From NCBI GenBank assembly GCA_950097015.1, contig CATNEN010000010.1, positions 496,001 to 560,000 on the forward strand: a DNA stretch of 64,000 bases, given 5' to 3'. Origin of the DNA: Macrostomum hystrix. Its lineage: Eukaryota; Animalia; Platyhelminthes. The notes under the pieces are model-generated. The model was not told the DNA's origin. It searched no databases and worked only from the letters and a program-made list of their open reading frames with translations. Of the stretch, positions 23,931-37,000 are shown piece by piece. Both the position numbers and the translations under genes were made by a program. The stretch's first letter is position 1. Each line of letters begins with the position of its first letter.

Positions 23931-25907
23931 ATGGACAGCTGTGAAGCCAGCCCGCGGCCCAGCTTCTTGGTGCTGCTGTTGGAGCTGACTGACGGCGACT
24001 TCCGCGCCACCGCGCAGCCGCCAGCTCGCCTGAGCTACTGCGCCCCCTTCTACACTCGCCACCTGAGTGAGTCCGCCCCGGCTGTGGCTTCAAACGCCGA
24101 CGCAGCTGACGAGTGCCGCGGCCATCGAGTCCCCAGCGAAATCTTCATAGCTACGATCAGTCCGCAGAATCTGGCGGTCATGGCGGAGCAGCAGCCCTTG
24201 GAGCCGCAGCCATCGACCGAGCCGAAGCCGCCTTCGCTGTCCTTGGCTCCGTCCGTTACCATCGAGAGGGCCTTCTTCTCCGGGAACCCTTCGGCTGGCC
24301 TGACCCACGGCCTGCTGCACCTGCTGAAGGACACCGGCGACTGGGGCACCGCCCGGCCCTCCATGCTGGTCATGCTCTCCGTGCCGGCGCACATGACCGT
24401 GGTGGACCTGGCCCAATTCGTGGCCGTCAGCGGCTCTGACCTGCTGGAGATGAAAGTGATCCGGGATCGCAGCCCCGGCCAGTTCATGGTGCTGCTTCAG
24501 TTCACCAACCAGACCGCAGCCGACCGCTTCTACAGCACCCAGCACGGCGCCCCGTTCAACTCGCTGGAGCCCGATGTCACCTGCTGCCTGGCCTACGTGG
24601 CCCGCATCGACACCCGCTCACAGGGCTGCCGATTCCCCGTGCGCGACCTGGTGGAGCTGCCCACCTGTCCCGTGTGCCTGGACCGGCTGGATGAGCCACT
24701 GCGCGGCATCCTCACCATCCTCTGCAACCACAGCTTCCACCTGCGCTGCCTGGACAAGTGGCACGAGGCCTCCTGCCCCGTCTGCCGCTACGTGGCCACG
24801 CCGCCATCCGCCGACGGCAACCGCTGCGCCCGCTGCGGCGAAACCGACAACCTGTGGATCTGCCTGATCTGCGGCTACGTGGGCTGCGGCAGATACACTG
24901 GCGGCCACGCCTACGAGCACTTCAGCAGTACCAGCCACACCTTCGCCATGGAGGTGGGTGGCTGCTCGTGTGGTCCCACCGCTTGATCACGTGACCCACA
25001 ACTTTTTGAGTAGAAAACTCAAGTCAAAACCCAACTCCTCCGCTCATTGCAGGTGGGCACCGACCGGGTGTGGGACTACTGCGGCGACAATTTTGTTCAC
25101 CGGCTGGTGCTGAACAAGGCTGACGGCAAGCTGGTGCAGGTAGGCGGCGACGCGCCCGACGATAAGCTGGACGCTGTCACCTTGGAGTACACATACCTGC
25201 TCACCTCTCAGCTGGAGAGCCAGCGACTGTTTTATGAGGAGCAACTCGAGCGGCAGGCTGAGAACCTGCGGGAGGCCGCGCTGCAGGTGGGTCCACCCAT
25301 ACCTGCCTACCAATCCACATGCTTACCTGCCTACCAATCCACTTGCTAACCTACCTCTTAATCCACCTGCTAACCTACCTGCCAACCTACCTACCAATCC
25401 ACCTGCCGCAGGCTGAGCAGGAGCGAGAGCAGCGGTTGCGGGCCTCCGCTGATCTTGAGGAGGCCCGTCGCGAGCGGGCCGCCCTCGACAAGCGGCTGGG
25501 CCACACCTCAAGCCGGCTGCAGAAGCTGCAGAAGGAGCTGGACGAGGAGCGTGGCTTTAACGCCGGCCTGACTGCTAATCAGCGCGAACTGCAGGACAAG
25601 CTGATGTCTGAGCAGGTGAGCACAGGCGGTGACACTTCATTAATTTGGATCAGTTCTCAATCAAATTCGCACATTTCAGTCTCGCCGCCTCGCCGAATTG
25701 CGCAAAAAAGACGAAGAGCTGGAGCAGCTGCGCGAGGAGATGCGCGACCTATACGCCCACCTGGAGGCTGGGCAGCAGCTGGCAGCCCAGCTCAGTCAGG
25801 ATGAAGCGGCTGCCAGCCAGCTGATGGTGGGCGAGCAGCAGCCGGGCAGGACGGGGTCCGGAGCCGCTGCGGCCGGCCCCAGCAAGAAGAGAAGCGGACG
25901 GAAATAG
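23931..25907 (+). CDS. BRAP: BRCA1-associated protein (BRAP2/IMP): BRAP2 domain, RING-H2, UBP-type Zn finger, coiled coil
   Basis: FFSGNPS...GLLHL; [14 protein letters not shown]...[24 protein letters not shown]; [22 protein letters not shown]; [14 protein letters not shown]; [19 protein letters not shown]. Exons ~23931-24953, 25053-25287, 25411-25615, 25680-25907. Confidence 0.93.
25300..25405. repeat. Degenerate C-rich intronic tandem repeat (acctacct/accaatcc)
   Basis: Seen directly in a BRAP intron. Confidence 0.7.
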
Positions 25908-26391
25908 CAGCAGACTGGATCCAATTTATCTATGAATTTCTTGTCCCTCAGATAGCAATCAGTGCAGTGTTGAACTTTCACATTCTTGCTGTCGATCGGC
26001 CGTCGCTGCGTGCACTAATATAGTTTTTATGAATAAAAAGTTTGCACGTATTCTGAGCGCTTAGCGCACAATGCATGCCTAGCTCTGTTCATCACACATA
26101 AGGTTTTCTTTGTCCTGCCTTTCATTTTTTTCTTTAATTGTAGTTTTTATTGGTCTGCTCCAAGCTTAAGCTGCTAAATAGACTCAGATATGGCACCCTT
26201 TCAGCTCCACGCTTTGACAGTAGCAGCACCCGCAACTCTCAGACCTCAGATCGCCAAGTATTCGAGTAGTTTTTGAGATTGCACAGGTCTATTTAGGCTA
26301 TTTAGATGACGAAGCATCTGACATTCTAAAGGCAGTCATAGCTGCTCCCGCCGCATTAATTGATTTCCGCCGCTGCTCCAAACATGCCAGC

Positions 26392-29381
26392 ATGCGGCTG
26401 ACCCGGCCAGTCCGAGCTCTGATTGGCTGCCCGCTGGCCCATCTGGGCGGCTCCGGCCAATCAGCGGCCGCGATGCGCCGCCTGCAGGCTTCGCTTGACT
26501 CGCTGGAGGCGGAGGCGCGCGCCGGCGGCGGTCCGCGCGGCCACCAGCGCCACTGCGGCGTCAACAAGAAGGTTGCGCCAAGAGAGCGCCTGCGAATGCT
26601 CTTTGACGGCGGCGAGTTCTACGAGATCAACCGGCTGGCCGGCCACGACATGCCCTACGGCACCGTGCCCGCTGCTGGCTCCATCAGTGGTGAGGCTTCT
26701 CGCTCAGCCTTCTCACTCTGTACAGTCCCCTTGTAGCCTAGTACGGGTTGTAGCCTAGTGGTTTGTGTAGCGGACTAACGACTTGAAGGTCTAGGGTTCG
26801 ATTCCCGTCTTCATTGGAATAATCTTTCCATAAGCAAGACGCCTAACTCTGCATTGCTTTAGTGTTAATTGGATGCCAGAATTAGCTGGTATAATTGGGG
26901 TTGGGTGTGGGTTCCCCCAGTCCATGGACTGAACAGCAGTACAAAAGTTTTGTTTTGCCGCAGAATAGCTGCGACTGTGCTGTCGGCTGCACATCTGGCC
27001 CGATCAGGTGTAAATTATTATTATCATTATTCCCCTCCCCAGTTTCTGTGGTACGCCTTCTTCCCTCCCAGTTTCTGTGGTACGCCTTCTTCCCCCCCCC
27101 CAAGTTTCTGTGGTACGCCTTCTTCCCTCCCAGTTTCTGTGGTACGCCTTCTTCCCCCCCCCCAAGTTTCTGTGGTACGCCTTCTTCCCCCCCCCCCCAA
27201 GTTTCTGTGGTACGCCTTCTTCCCCCCCAGTTTCTGTGGTACGCCTTCTCCCCCCCCCCAGTTTCTGTGGTACGCCTTCTTCCCCTCCCAGTTTCTGTGG
27301 TACGCCTTCTTCCCCCCCCCAGTTTCTGTGGTACGCCTTCTTCCCCCCCAGTTTCTGTGGTACGCCTTCTTGCCTCCCTAGCTCCACCTTTCTGCCCCCC
27401 TTCTCCCCGCAGCCATCGGCCGCATCAAGGACCGCCTGTGCATCGCCGCAGCCAATGACGCCACGGTGAAAGGCGGCACCCTCTATCCCATCGGGGTGAA
27501 GAAGATGCTCCGACTGCAGGAGGTCAGCGCCACCTGCCGGATTCCTGTGGTCTACCTGGTTGACAGCGGCGGCGCCTTCCTGCCGTTGCAAGTTCGTGCC
27601 GCTCCGTGGCTCTACGCCCTTTACTGTAGCACAACCCGCCCTAAGAGTCTTTATTTGCACGGCTTCAGCTCTGATCCCACCCCGCCATTCCCATCTAGTC
27701 AGAAATTTTTCCAGACGGCCAGCACGGCGGCCGCACCTTCTACAATGAGGCGGTACTGAACGCCCGCGGAGTCTCCCAGCTGGCCCTGGTTCTGGGCTCC
27801 AGCACCGCCGGCGGCGCCTACGTGCCCACCATGTGCGACCAGGTGGTGATGGTGGACCGCATCGGCCACATCTTCCTGGGCGGCCCCCCGCTGGTGCAGG
27901 CCGCCCTCGGCGAAATAGTCACCGCCGAGGAGCTGGGCGGAGCGGCGCTGCACTCCAGCGTCAGCGGCTGCTCGGATCATTTCGCCGCCGACGAGGCCGA
28001 AGGCTTCCGCCTGATGCGCGACATCGCTGGGACGCTGCCGCAGCCGCCATCGTCGTCCACCGAGGAGCCGTTCGCGGATCCGCTGTTCCCCGCCGCCGAC
28101 CTGGACTGCCTCGGCCTCAACCTGGCCGCGTTGGACGGCGAGGCTCGGCGCGACTGCCTGCTGAACATCCTGGCCCGCCTTCTGGACTCCAGCCAGCTGC
28201 TCGAGTTTAAACCCACCTTCAGCAGGGGCCTCTTGTGCGGCTTCGGCCGCCTCTGCGGGTCAGTTGAATGCCTACCTGCCTGTGTGCGATCCCTCATGTC
28301 CTCATGTGTATTCTGTCAACTCGCACTTTTACTCGCTATGGTTGCAGTCGTACAGTCGGTCTGATGGGCAGTTGGACCCGGATAGGCGAGAAAGACGCCA
28401 TCAAGGGCGCGCACTTCCTGGAGCTCTGCGGCCATCGCGGCCTCCCGCTACTGTCGCTGCTGCACACCGAGCCCGAACTTCCGGCCGATGCGGTCGGCGA
28501 CAGCCCGACTGCGGCCGAAGCCGCAGCTGCCTGCCTGCGGGCCAAGGCGCGGATGATGGCCCTCGTGGCCACCTTCCCGCTGCCCCGCCTCACTGTCGTT
28601 GTGGGCGACGCCGCCGGCTGCGACTATTACCTCATGGTGCGCTGACGGAATTAGGCGATGATTTTGCCACCTAGACAGTCCAAGTTCGATAAAGATTGGG
28701 ATTTCTCACCTGTGCGATTAAGGATTAGGTCTGGGTTGGGATTTCTCACCAATGTGATGGAGGATCAGATCTAAGTTGGGATTTCTCACCTATGTGATGG
28801 AGAATCAGGTCTGGGTTGGGATTTCTCACCTGTGTGATGGAGGATTAGGTCTGGGTTGGGATTTCTTACCTGTGTGATGGAGGATTGGGTCTGGGTTGGG
28901 ATTTCTCACCTGTGTGATGGAGGATTGGGTCTGGGTTGGGATTTCTCAACTATGTGATGGAGGATTCGGCCTTCACATTGCCAGTCTCCCATCTGACTAA
29001 TCGCAGGGCGGGCGCCCCATGAGCCCGGACTTCGTGCTGGCCTGGCCGAACGCTCGCCTGGCGAAGCGCCTAGACACCGCAGACCTCGGCAAAGACGCTG
29101 ACAGCGTCGACGCGTTCAAAGCCGCCGGTGAACTGTGGGTGGACGATGTCATCCGGCCTGCCGACACCAGACTGGTGAGTTGGGATTTCACTGTCTGTCT
29201 CAGTTCTCACCAAGAGCAGCCCACGCAGCTCAAGCGCCCCGCCTCCCCGCAGCACCTGGACCGGCTACTGCGCATTGTGCAGCACTACTCCGGCCTGGCC
29301 CGGCAGGACCGCGCGGTCCCCAGACAGCCGGGGGAGCCGCACGCAGCCAGCTGGGCGGCCTACCCCATCCTACGCATGTGA
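26392..29381 (+). CDS. Methylcrotonoyl-CoA carboxylase beta-like carboxyltransferase (MCCC2-like paralog)
   Basis: Arg-rich N-terminus; RERLRMLFD; [24 protein letters not shown]; [13 protein letters not shown]|[18 protein letters not shown]; [11 protein letters not shown]; [14 protein letters not shown]...EELGGA; [12 protein letters not shown]; C-terminal YPILRM. About 6 exons. Confidence 0.85.
26765..27035 (+). mobile_element. tRNA-derived SINE, family B, copy 1
   Basis: A box tagcctagtgg, B box ggttcgattccc, body shared with 37985-38289 and 49545-49765 (attagctg...gggtgtgg...ctgaacagc...aatagctg...atctggccc), (att)n tail. Confidence 0.75.
27035..27370. repeat. Minisatellite (cccagtttctgtggtacgccttcttc(c)n), variable poly-C
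   Basis: About 11 copies immediately after the SINE tail. Confidence 0.93.
28690..28965. repeat. ~39-40-bp intronic minisatellite (ggtctgggttgggatttctcacctgtgtgatggaggatt)n
   Basis: About 7 copies in an intron of the MCCC2-like gene. Confidence 0.9.
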
Positions 29382-31095
29382 GCAGGCGAAAATGCGCTTC
29401 GCTTATGACTTCCTGTGCCAATGATTTTAGAAATTGATTCGATTTTTCACTGATAATATACTACTGGCGAGTATGCAAACAGCAATTTTTCTTTTAAAAA
29501 ATCTTCATTGATCTTCTCGGCATTTGATTCGCTAACTTTTAATTGTTTTCGGCCTTTTTCGCTAAACTTTCTGCTTTAAGTTGTTCTAGAATAAAACACT
29601 ACTGTGACTAACATATTCGCCACTGAGTCGGCTACACAACTAGAGGTTAGAAATTAGCAGACATTACAGATTGTCAGGTGAAAGAAGGCTTGTCTAGACA
29701 ACATTGAGGGCAGCCATTGGCTGGTGCTGTAATCTGATTTCGCAAGTGATTCCGGCTGTAGGCCAGTCACGGACACAGATCACAGATAGACAAATAGCAG
29801 CTTGGTTAGAGTACGGTTCCTCATTCCTCAACAGTTTGGCAGACATCCCTCGCTGTTTCTTTTAACCGGCTTATTGTAGAAGGCTTCCTGCAGCCTTTAA
29901 ACAATGTCACAGCTGATCCGTGTGCATGTGCTAGCTCATGAGCTTGCAGAACTCCTGCAGAAATAGAGTGCCTCTCTGGTGCCTGAAGGCCGCATCTTCC
30001 GCAGACCTCGAGTATGTCAGCGCCCTGCCTTTGGTTTGCTGTGGTTGGGTAGACTGAAACTGCGTACTGGCCGAGGCCTCTGCTGAAAAGCCGACAGGCC
30101 TGACAGAAGACCTTCGGCTTACCCTTGAGTGATGCGTTTTTCGCGATGGGCCTGGTGAAGTTGTCCTGGCTTATGAGCCGCTTGCCAGCGCTTCCAGCTC
30201 TCGGACTGATGGGCTTCATGCCCACCACGTAGTGCCAGCCCGTGTTGTATATTGTATATATTGTATATTGTATATATCCGTGATACGAGTGAGGCTCTGA
30301 GTTTATTCAGAGTCTTAAGACTCTGAATAAATAATTATTGAAGCTTATTTTTGGCTTCTTTTGTTTCATCCGCGATTAGGCCCGCCTTTTAGCTTGTATG
30401 TATTGCTGGCCAGCTTGGTAAAATTATACAAGTTATACAAGTATGCAAAATTACTCTGCTCCCCTGGCTGGCGTAGAGGCTGTCTAGACAAAGGTACATA
30501 ATATAAAAACGCAACCCTGTTTCCCATTGTGACGAATAGCGAGTGTCTAAACATACAGGTAATAAACTCAAGGAGGCAGACAGGATTTTAGGCTGAACAT
30601 TGTGTAGCTCTTGCGATAGCAGAGTTGACAGACAGCACTCTACTGCTTGCAAACCTTGAAATTTAATTGAAATACAAACTAAATAAACGCAGGTCATTTT
30701 GCACACAATGGATGTACAGGGTACATTGGGTTAACATATTTAACAACTTATTTATAATAAGAACAACAGCAAGAACACAACATACAAATAGGCCTCACAA
30801 CACTAAATAAGGTTAACGAGACGAGACGAGAGCGCCAGCGGACAGGTGCAAGCAGCGGACATGATCAGGCTGAGAACCTGCTGGCACAAGTACAGTACAG
30901 TAACTAAAGCAATGTACAATGAACAAACTAGTTATTACTAAAATAACAGAGCTGCAGTTCGCTACAGACTAAAATGCCAGACCAAAACAAGCCGCAGTCG
31001 GTTGAAGTTTTTTCACCCGGGAAAAAAACAGGTCAGCACAGAATGGCCGAGCTAATCGGACTGAAACACTCAGCACTCAGCACTCGGGAAAGTTG

Positions 31096-34000
31096 TCACA
31101 AGTCCGCCCGGCCATCCGAGATGGTCACAGTCAGGCGCGGCTTCGCATCGTCGGCGCCAACAACAGCTGCGGCTGGCGGCGACATCGAGAGCTGCTGCTG
31201 CTGGGCGGAGGCGCCAACAGCGGCTGCCGGGTCGTGCTGCTGCTCGCCGTGCTCTGCCAGGTGGGCATGCAGCTGGGCCAGGTCGGCGGAGATGAAGTCG
31301 CACTGGTCGCAGGAGAACAGGGTCTCCGTATCTGGCTCGGCCGCTTGGTGCCCGCCCAGCAGGGCGTCCTCCTCCTCCGGGTACTCGTCGGCGTCCTCGT
31401 CTTCGACCGCGACGTCACCAACATCGGCTTGGCGGGAGCGGGGCGACCTATGCTGGCGCTGGCGCAGCAGCAGCTGCTGCTTTTGCTGCTGCTGATGCCG
31501 GGCGCTCTCGCCGGGCCGGCTGTGGTACTTTTCCAGGTGGACGGCCAGAATGTCGCCGTTCTCAAAGTAGCGATTGCAGATCTGGCACTGTATTTCGAGG
31601 TTGGGCGCGGTTCTTATAGACAACTCGCGTAGAACTGGCGGTCACTGCCCCAACCTCTACTATCCAGTCAAACAGGGAGTGCATGGCAAATCAACTAACG
31701 GTTCGACTCTTGCAAAAGCCACCCGAGCTCGATTCCGCGGTGAATCCACATTCCGCGTTGAACCCATGAGGGCCAACCCCGAAAGTACAGAGTGTACACT
31801 AGCTGACGATGTTTGTTCAGGAGGAATGGGCTACTGTTACTGTTGTGCAGTGTCAAAGCAGCCCGGCCCTAACGGCTTTCTCTCTTCTTCTTCTGTCTAT
31901 GGTCCCGTTAAGCTAAGCTTCGCCTCAACTGTTGCACCCCTTTTACCCCCCCAAGCTAAACGTAAGAGTGACTACACGGCTTATTCGCACGCGCGGCTTT
32001 AACCCAAATACACTCGTTATATTCGCTATAAGAAGCTTCCTTTGAGTCTTGACAATGGCGTCGCGGCTTGGCGACCTTTTTCTCGGCGATGCCGACCGTG
32101 CACTGATGTGGCTCAAGGCCTTCAATGCTCTGGCCCGCGCCAAGAAGTGGACCGACTCGACCGAATCCCGACAAGTCGCAGACAATTTTTTGGCATCCTG
32201 CGGACTGCCTGCTTTGGAGAAGCTGACTCATCTCGTCGCTCCGAAGGAGATCGACAAGCTGACCTTCCAAGAGATCGAGACAGCCCTGGTGTCCTACTTA
32301 CAACCTCAGAAGCGCCTCATTGTCGCCGAAAGAACCGACTTTTTCTCAATTCGTCAGAAAGCTGCTGAGCCGATAGCAGACTATTTAGCTCGCCTGAGGA
32401 AAGCAGCAACGCACTGCGCCTTTGACTCTCTGAAGGACTGCGCCAGTCCCGCAGAGGAGCTGGTGCGGCTTACTCTCATTTCTGGACTGTACAACCCTGA
32501 GCATCAACGGCGCATTCTAGGTGCAATGCAAACCAAGGATCAGACAATCTCGGAGATTGTTGACCTCATTCGAAGTTGTGAACAGATCAACACGTTTGTT
32601 CAAACCTGTAACTCGGTGCCCCCGGTAGGCCCGGCTGGCCCATTGTCGCCGCCAGCCCAACATAATGCGGCCACTGACGAATCGGTGCACTACTCCAAAG
32701 GTGGACGGCCAACTTCCAATGGTCAGCGCATCGAGGGCTGCAAGTACTGTGGCGGATCCCATCACGCAGGCAAGTGCCCGGCATATGGCAAGACCTGTTC
32801 CAAGTGCTCCAAGCGCAACCACTTTGCTGCCGTATGCCGCTCCGCTCTGACTAGCAAATCCGTACATCACGCGGATGTTCCATCCGATGCATCGATGACG
32901 CCCGAGCCCTCGAAGATCCTGCATCTTATGGACGTTGATCTGGTCAACGCAATCGAAGTTGCATCTGAGACACTTCTTGTAGACGGCGCCAAGGTACCAA
33001 TGCAAGTGGATACCGGTGCATCCGTCTCCGTGCTTTCTAGCACAATCTGGGAGTCTCTGGGCAGGCCCCCACTGCAAAAGAGTCACCGACGCCTCGAGGC
33101 CTACGACGGCCACACCCTAAAGACTCTCGGCAAGCTGTGCTCTACCGTCGAGATGCGGGGTAGGTTACACCCCGCCGAATTCGTCGTGGTTTCGTCTTTG
33201 AAGCCGTTCGGCCTCCTTGGCCGTGATCTTTTAGATTCCGACTCTCTCTTTCACACCAACTCTCAAGCTCCGAGCCCCACAGTTGCAGCTACAACGCTGC
33301 CCACCATCAAGGGCATCAAGGCACAGATGGAGCTGGTTGAAGGCGCTCGATCCCAGTTCTGCCGTGCTCGTCCGGTTCCAATCGCACTAGAGAAGCAAGT
33401 CAACGCAGAGTTGGACCGGCTGCAGCAGCTTGGCATCATCGAGCCTGTGGAGGGTCCTGTGAGCAACGCTTCTCCGGTCGTCTGGATCAAGAAGAAGGAC
33501 GGGACTTTGCGCATGTGCGCCGATTACAAGGTCCATGTGAACGACAAAATAAAGCCAGAGTCATACCCTATTCCAAGCATCGAGCACCTCTTTGGCAAGT
33601 TAAAGAATGCCAAGAAGTTTGCCAAGATTGATCTGAGGTCGGCTTACTGGCAGATCGAGCTGGACGAATCCGCCCAAGGCATCTCTATCATCAATACCTC
33701 GCGAGGCCTATACCGCGTCAAACGCCTTCAGATGGGCATGAAAAACGCTTCATTCATTTTTCAACGCACAATGGAGAGCATCCTCTCCGACTTGAAGGGA
33801 CTACTGATCTATCAAGACGACATCATGGTCTATGCTGAGAACGTTGAAGCACTCCAGAAGCGTCTGAAAGCAGTCAAAACGCGCCTGGCCGAAAAAAAGG
33901 TAACGGTCAATGAAGACAAATGTACAGGCATTTGCGATTCGATTTCATTCCTTGGATTCGAAATTTCTGCCGCTGGAATTCGGCCCGATGATAAGCTCGT

Positions 34001-37000
34001 GGACAAAGTTCGCCACATCTCGACACCGAAGACCAAGAAGGAGATCGAGCAATTTCTCGGTCTGGTGAATTTCTTCGGCCGCTTGATTCCTGACTATTCC
34101 GCCAAGGTCGCCCCATTGAACGAACTGCGCAAGGCATCCACGCCGTTTGTCTGGTCTGAAGCATGTGCTCGCGCTTTCGAGAATCTCAAGAAGGAGATCT
34201 CATCACGACCAATAGTACAACCGTACAGCCTGGAGAAGGAGGTGACCCTCACAACAGATGCCTCTAAAGGAGCGTTGGCAGGCGTTGTTACCCAGGAAGG
34301 ACGCCCTGTAATCTTTATCTCTAGGACACTGTCCAAGGCCGAGACTAACTATTCCAACATTGAACGGGAAGCACTCGCCATCTTCTGGGCCGTCTGTCGC
34401 CTGAAACACTACCTCCAAGGCCGACGATTTACGGTACAGACGGATCATCAGCCTCTTCTACGGCTTTTCGGTGGCAGCATACCAATGAGTTCATCGGCAA
34501 GAATCAGTCGCTGGGCCCTTTACCTGATGCAATTTGACTTTAGCGTGGTCTACGTTCCCGGATCGCGCATTCCGCATGCCGATGCGCTTTCTCGTCTGCC
34601 GTTTGATAATGACAGTCAAGACCCGGTCGATGCATTCGAGGCAATCAACTCAGTTGCCTTTGAATCCCCTACTATCAATCCTCGACGGATCGCTAGCGAA
34701 CTTGATTCTGATCCACTGCTACAGCGCATCATACGTCGCGTACGCAATGGCGACTGGCATAACTGCACACAAGCAGAGGCCGCTTTCAAGAGAAACGCAG
34801 CAGCTCTAACAATCGAGAACGGCCTCCTCTACATGCACCGGCGCGCATTCATACCTCCGCGTCTCCGGAAAGAGGCCTTCGATGCGATTCACGACACTCA
34901 TAGCGGTACTTCTGCCAGCTACCACCTCCTGGAGCTGTCCTGCTGGTGGCCCGGCATGCAGCGCGACGTGGAACGATTCGTGCGGCAGTGTGCTGCATGC
35001 AGCAGCCTGCGGCCCCGACTGCAGAAGTCCCGAGATGCTTGGCCACCTGCTGATGCTCCATTTCAGCGCATCCACATGGACTGGGCCTTCGTGCCCGAGG
35101 TGGGCAACATTCTCATTGTAGTGGATTCCTATTCCGGATGGATTGAAGCCTTTCCATCCCGCGACAGGACGGCAGACAGGGTTATTTGCTCGTTACGTAC
35201 TGTATTCACGAGATTTGGAGTCCCAGAGGTGGTGGTCTCCGACAACGGACCGGAATTCACGTCTGATGCCCTGCTGTCCTGGCTGCATGCCAACGGCGCC
35301 CGAAAGATGGAAACCCCTCCCTACTCGCCACAATCTAATGGTGCGGCCGAGCGAGCAGTCCAAACTGTCAAGAGGGCCCTGCAGGCCTGGACACAGAGAC
35401 TGACCCACTCTGACTTCATTGCGTTTTTGCAGAAGGTTCTGCTTCACCACCGCAACTCGTCAGGTGCAAGGTCAAAGACACCGGCTGAGCTCGTGTTCGG
35501 TCGACGACTTCGCGTACCTGTTGTCTCGGCTTTCCAACAAGGTGACCAGGTCGTATACAAGGCCACCGACCACACCCCGTCCCGAGGCGCAGAGTTCCTC
35601 ATGACCCAAGGGCGCAACACATCCTGGTTGCTGACGGACGACAAACTGCGTCTGGCAAGCAACAATCAGATTGCCCCGATGCTTTCACGCACTTCTGAGG
35701 ACGACGAGGACGAAAGTCTGGAGCCGCCGGCAGACATGCCTCCCAATGAAACCCCGACACCACCGGCTCCGGTAGCAGATCAAGTTCCGCGCAGGGGTGA
35801 CCGAAATCGGCGACAGCCAGACCGATACACACCCTGACACTGTGACGGTTGATATGTTGCCCTCCCGATAAGACTAACATAGCCACAAAAAATAGCCACA
35901 TGCGCTCGTTGTTTTGTTTCATTTGACTGGAGGGAGACATGTTGTGCAGTGTCAAAGCAGCCCGGCCCTAACGGCTTTCTCTCTTCTTCTTCTGTCTATG
36001 GTCCCGTTAAGCTAAGCTTCGCCTCAACTGTTGCACCCCTTTTACCCCCCCAAGCTAAACGTAAGAGTGACTACACGGCTTATTCGCACGCGCGGCTTTA
36101 ACCCAAATACACTCGTTATATTCGCTATAAGAAGCTTCCTTTGAGTCTTGACAGTTACCAAATAGGACTACACACATTATTATAACTATCCATTTAGCAG
36201 GTAATCAAGCAGGTAATATCCCCAGGTTCCCAATGGCTCACCTTAAAGCAGGCGCTGCTGGCGTAGCGCGGCCGGGTCTTGGCCTTCTGCACCCTGGCCA
36301 GCTCCACGTTGTGCACAAATCTGGTGTGCTTCAGCATGTAGGACCGGTCACCGAACCGGCAGCCGCAGAACGGGCACTGGTGAGGCCGCTCGCCGGTGTG
36401 CACGGGAATGTGCCGGCGCAGATTGGAGGCGGTGGGAAACCGCTTGCCGCAGTAGTCGCATTCGTACTCCGTGCTGGCGTTGGCCGCCTCCACTGGCCGC
36501 AAGCCGCCGCCGGCCGCGCCCTGCTGCGCCGCGTGCCGCCCGCCTCCGCCGCCACCTTCGTAGATGGCCTCCTGTCCGCGGCCGGCTTCGTCGGCTAGTC
36601 GGCGAAGATCCAGCCGGACATTGTTGGGCCGGTAGGTGGTGACAATCTTGCGGCGGTACTGCTGGTAGTTGGACTCGGTCAGCTCGTACCGGTGCACCCG
36701 GATGTGCTTCAGCAGCTCCAGCACCTGCAGGAACAACAATTTTGTATAAGTAATACTTCTAAGCCTTATTCTAGAACCCCTTCGGCTTCTGTTGTACACC
36801 CTGATCTCATTTGAAATCCTAGTAATTAGGGGGTTAGCGGCGGAGCGGTCTAACGCGTTTGACTCTCGCACCAAGGTAGATTCCGCGGTAAGGCCACATT
36901 CATTTGGAGCGCAGCCGAGAACAGAAGACTAGGGGACTTGTCGTGCAATTCAGGGCCAACCTTGAGGGCACAGTGAGAGTGTACACTGCCTGACGATGAG

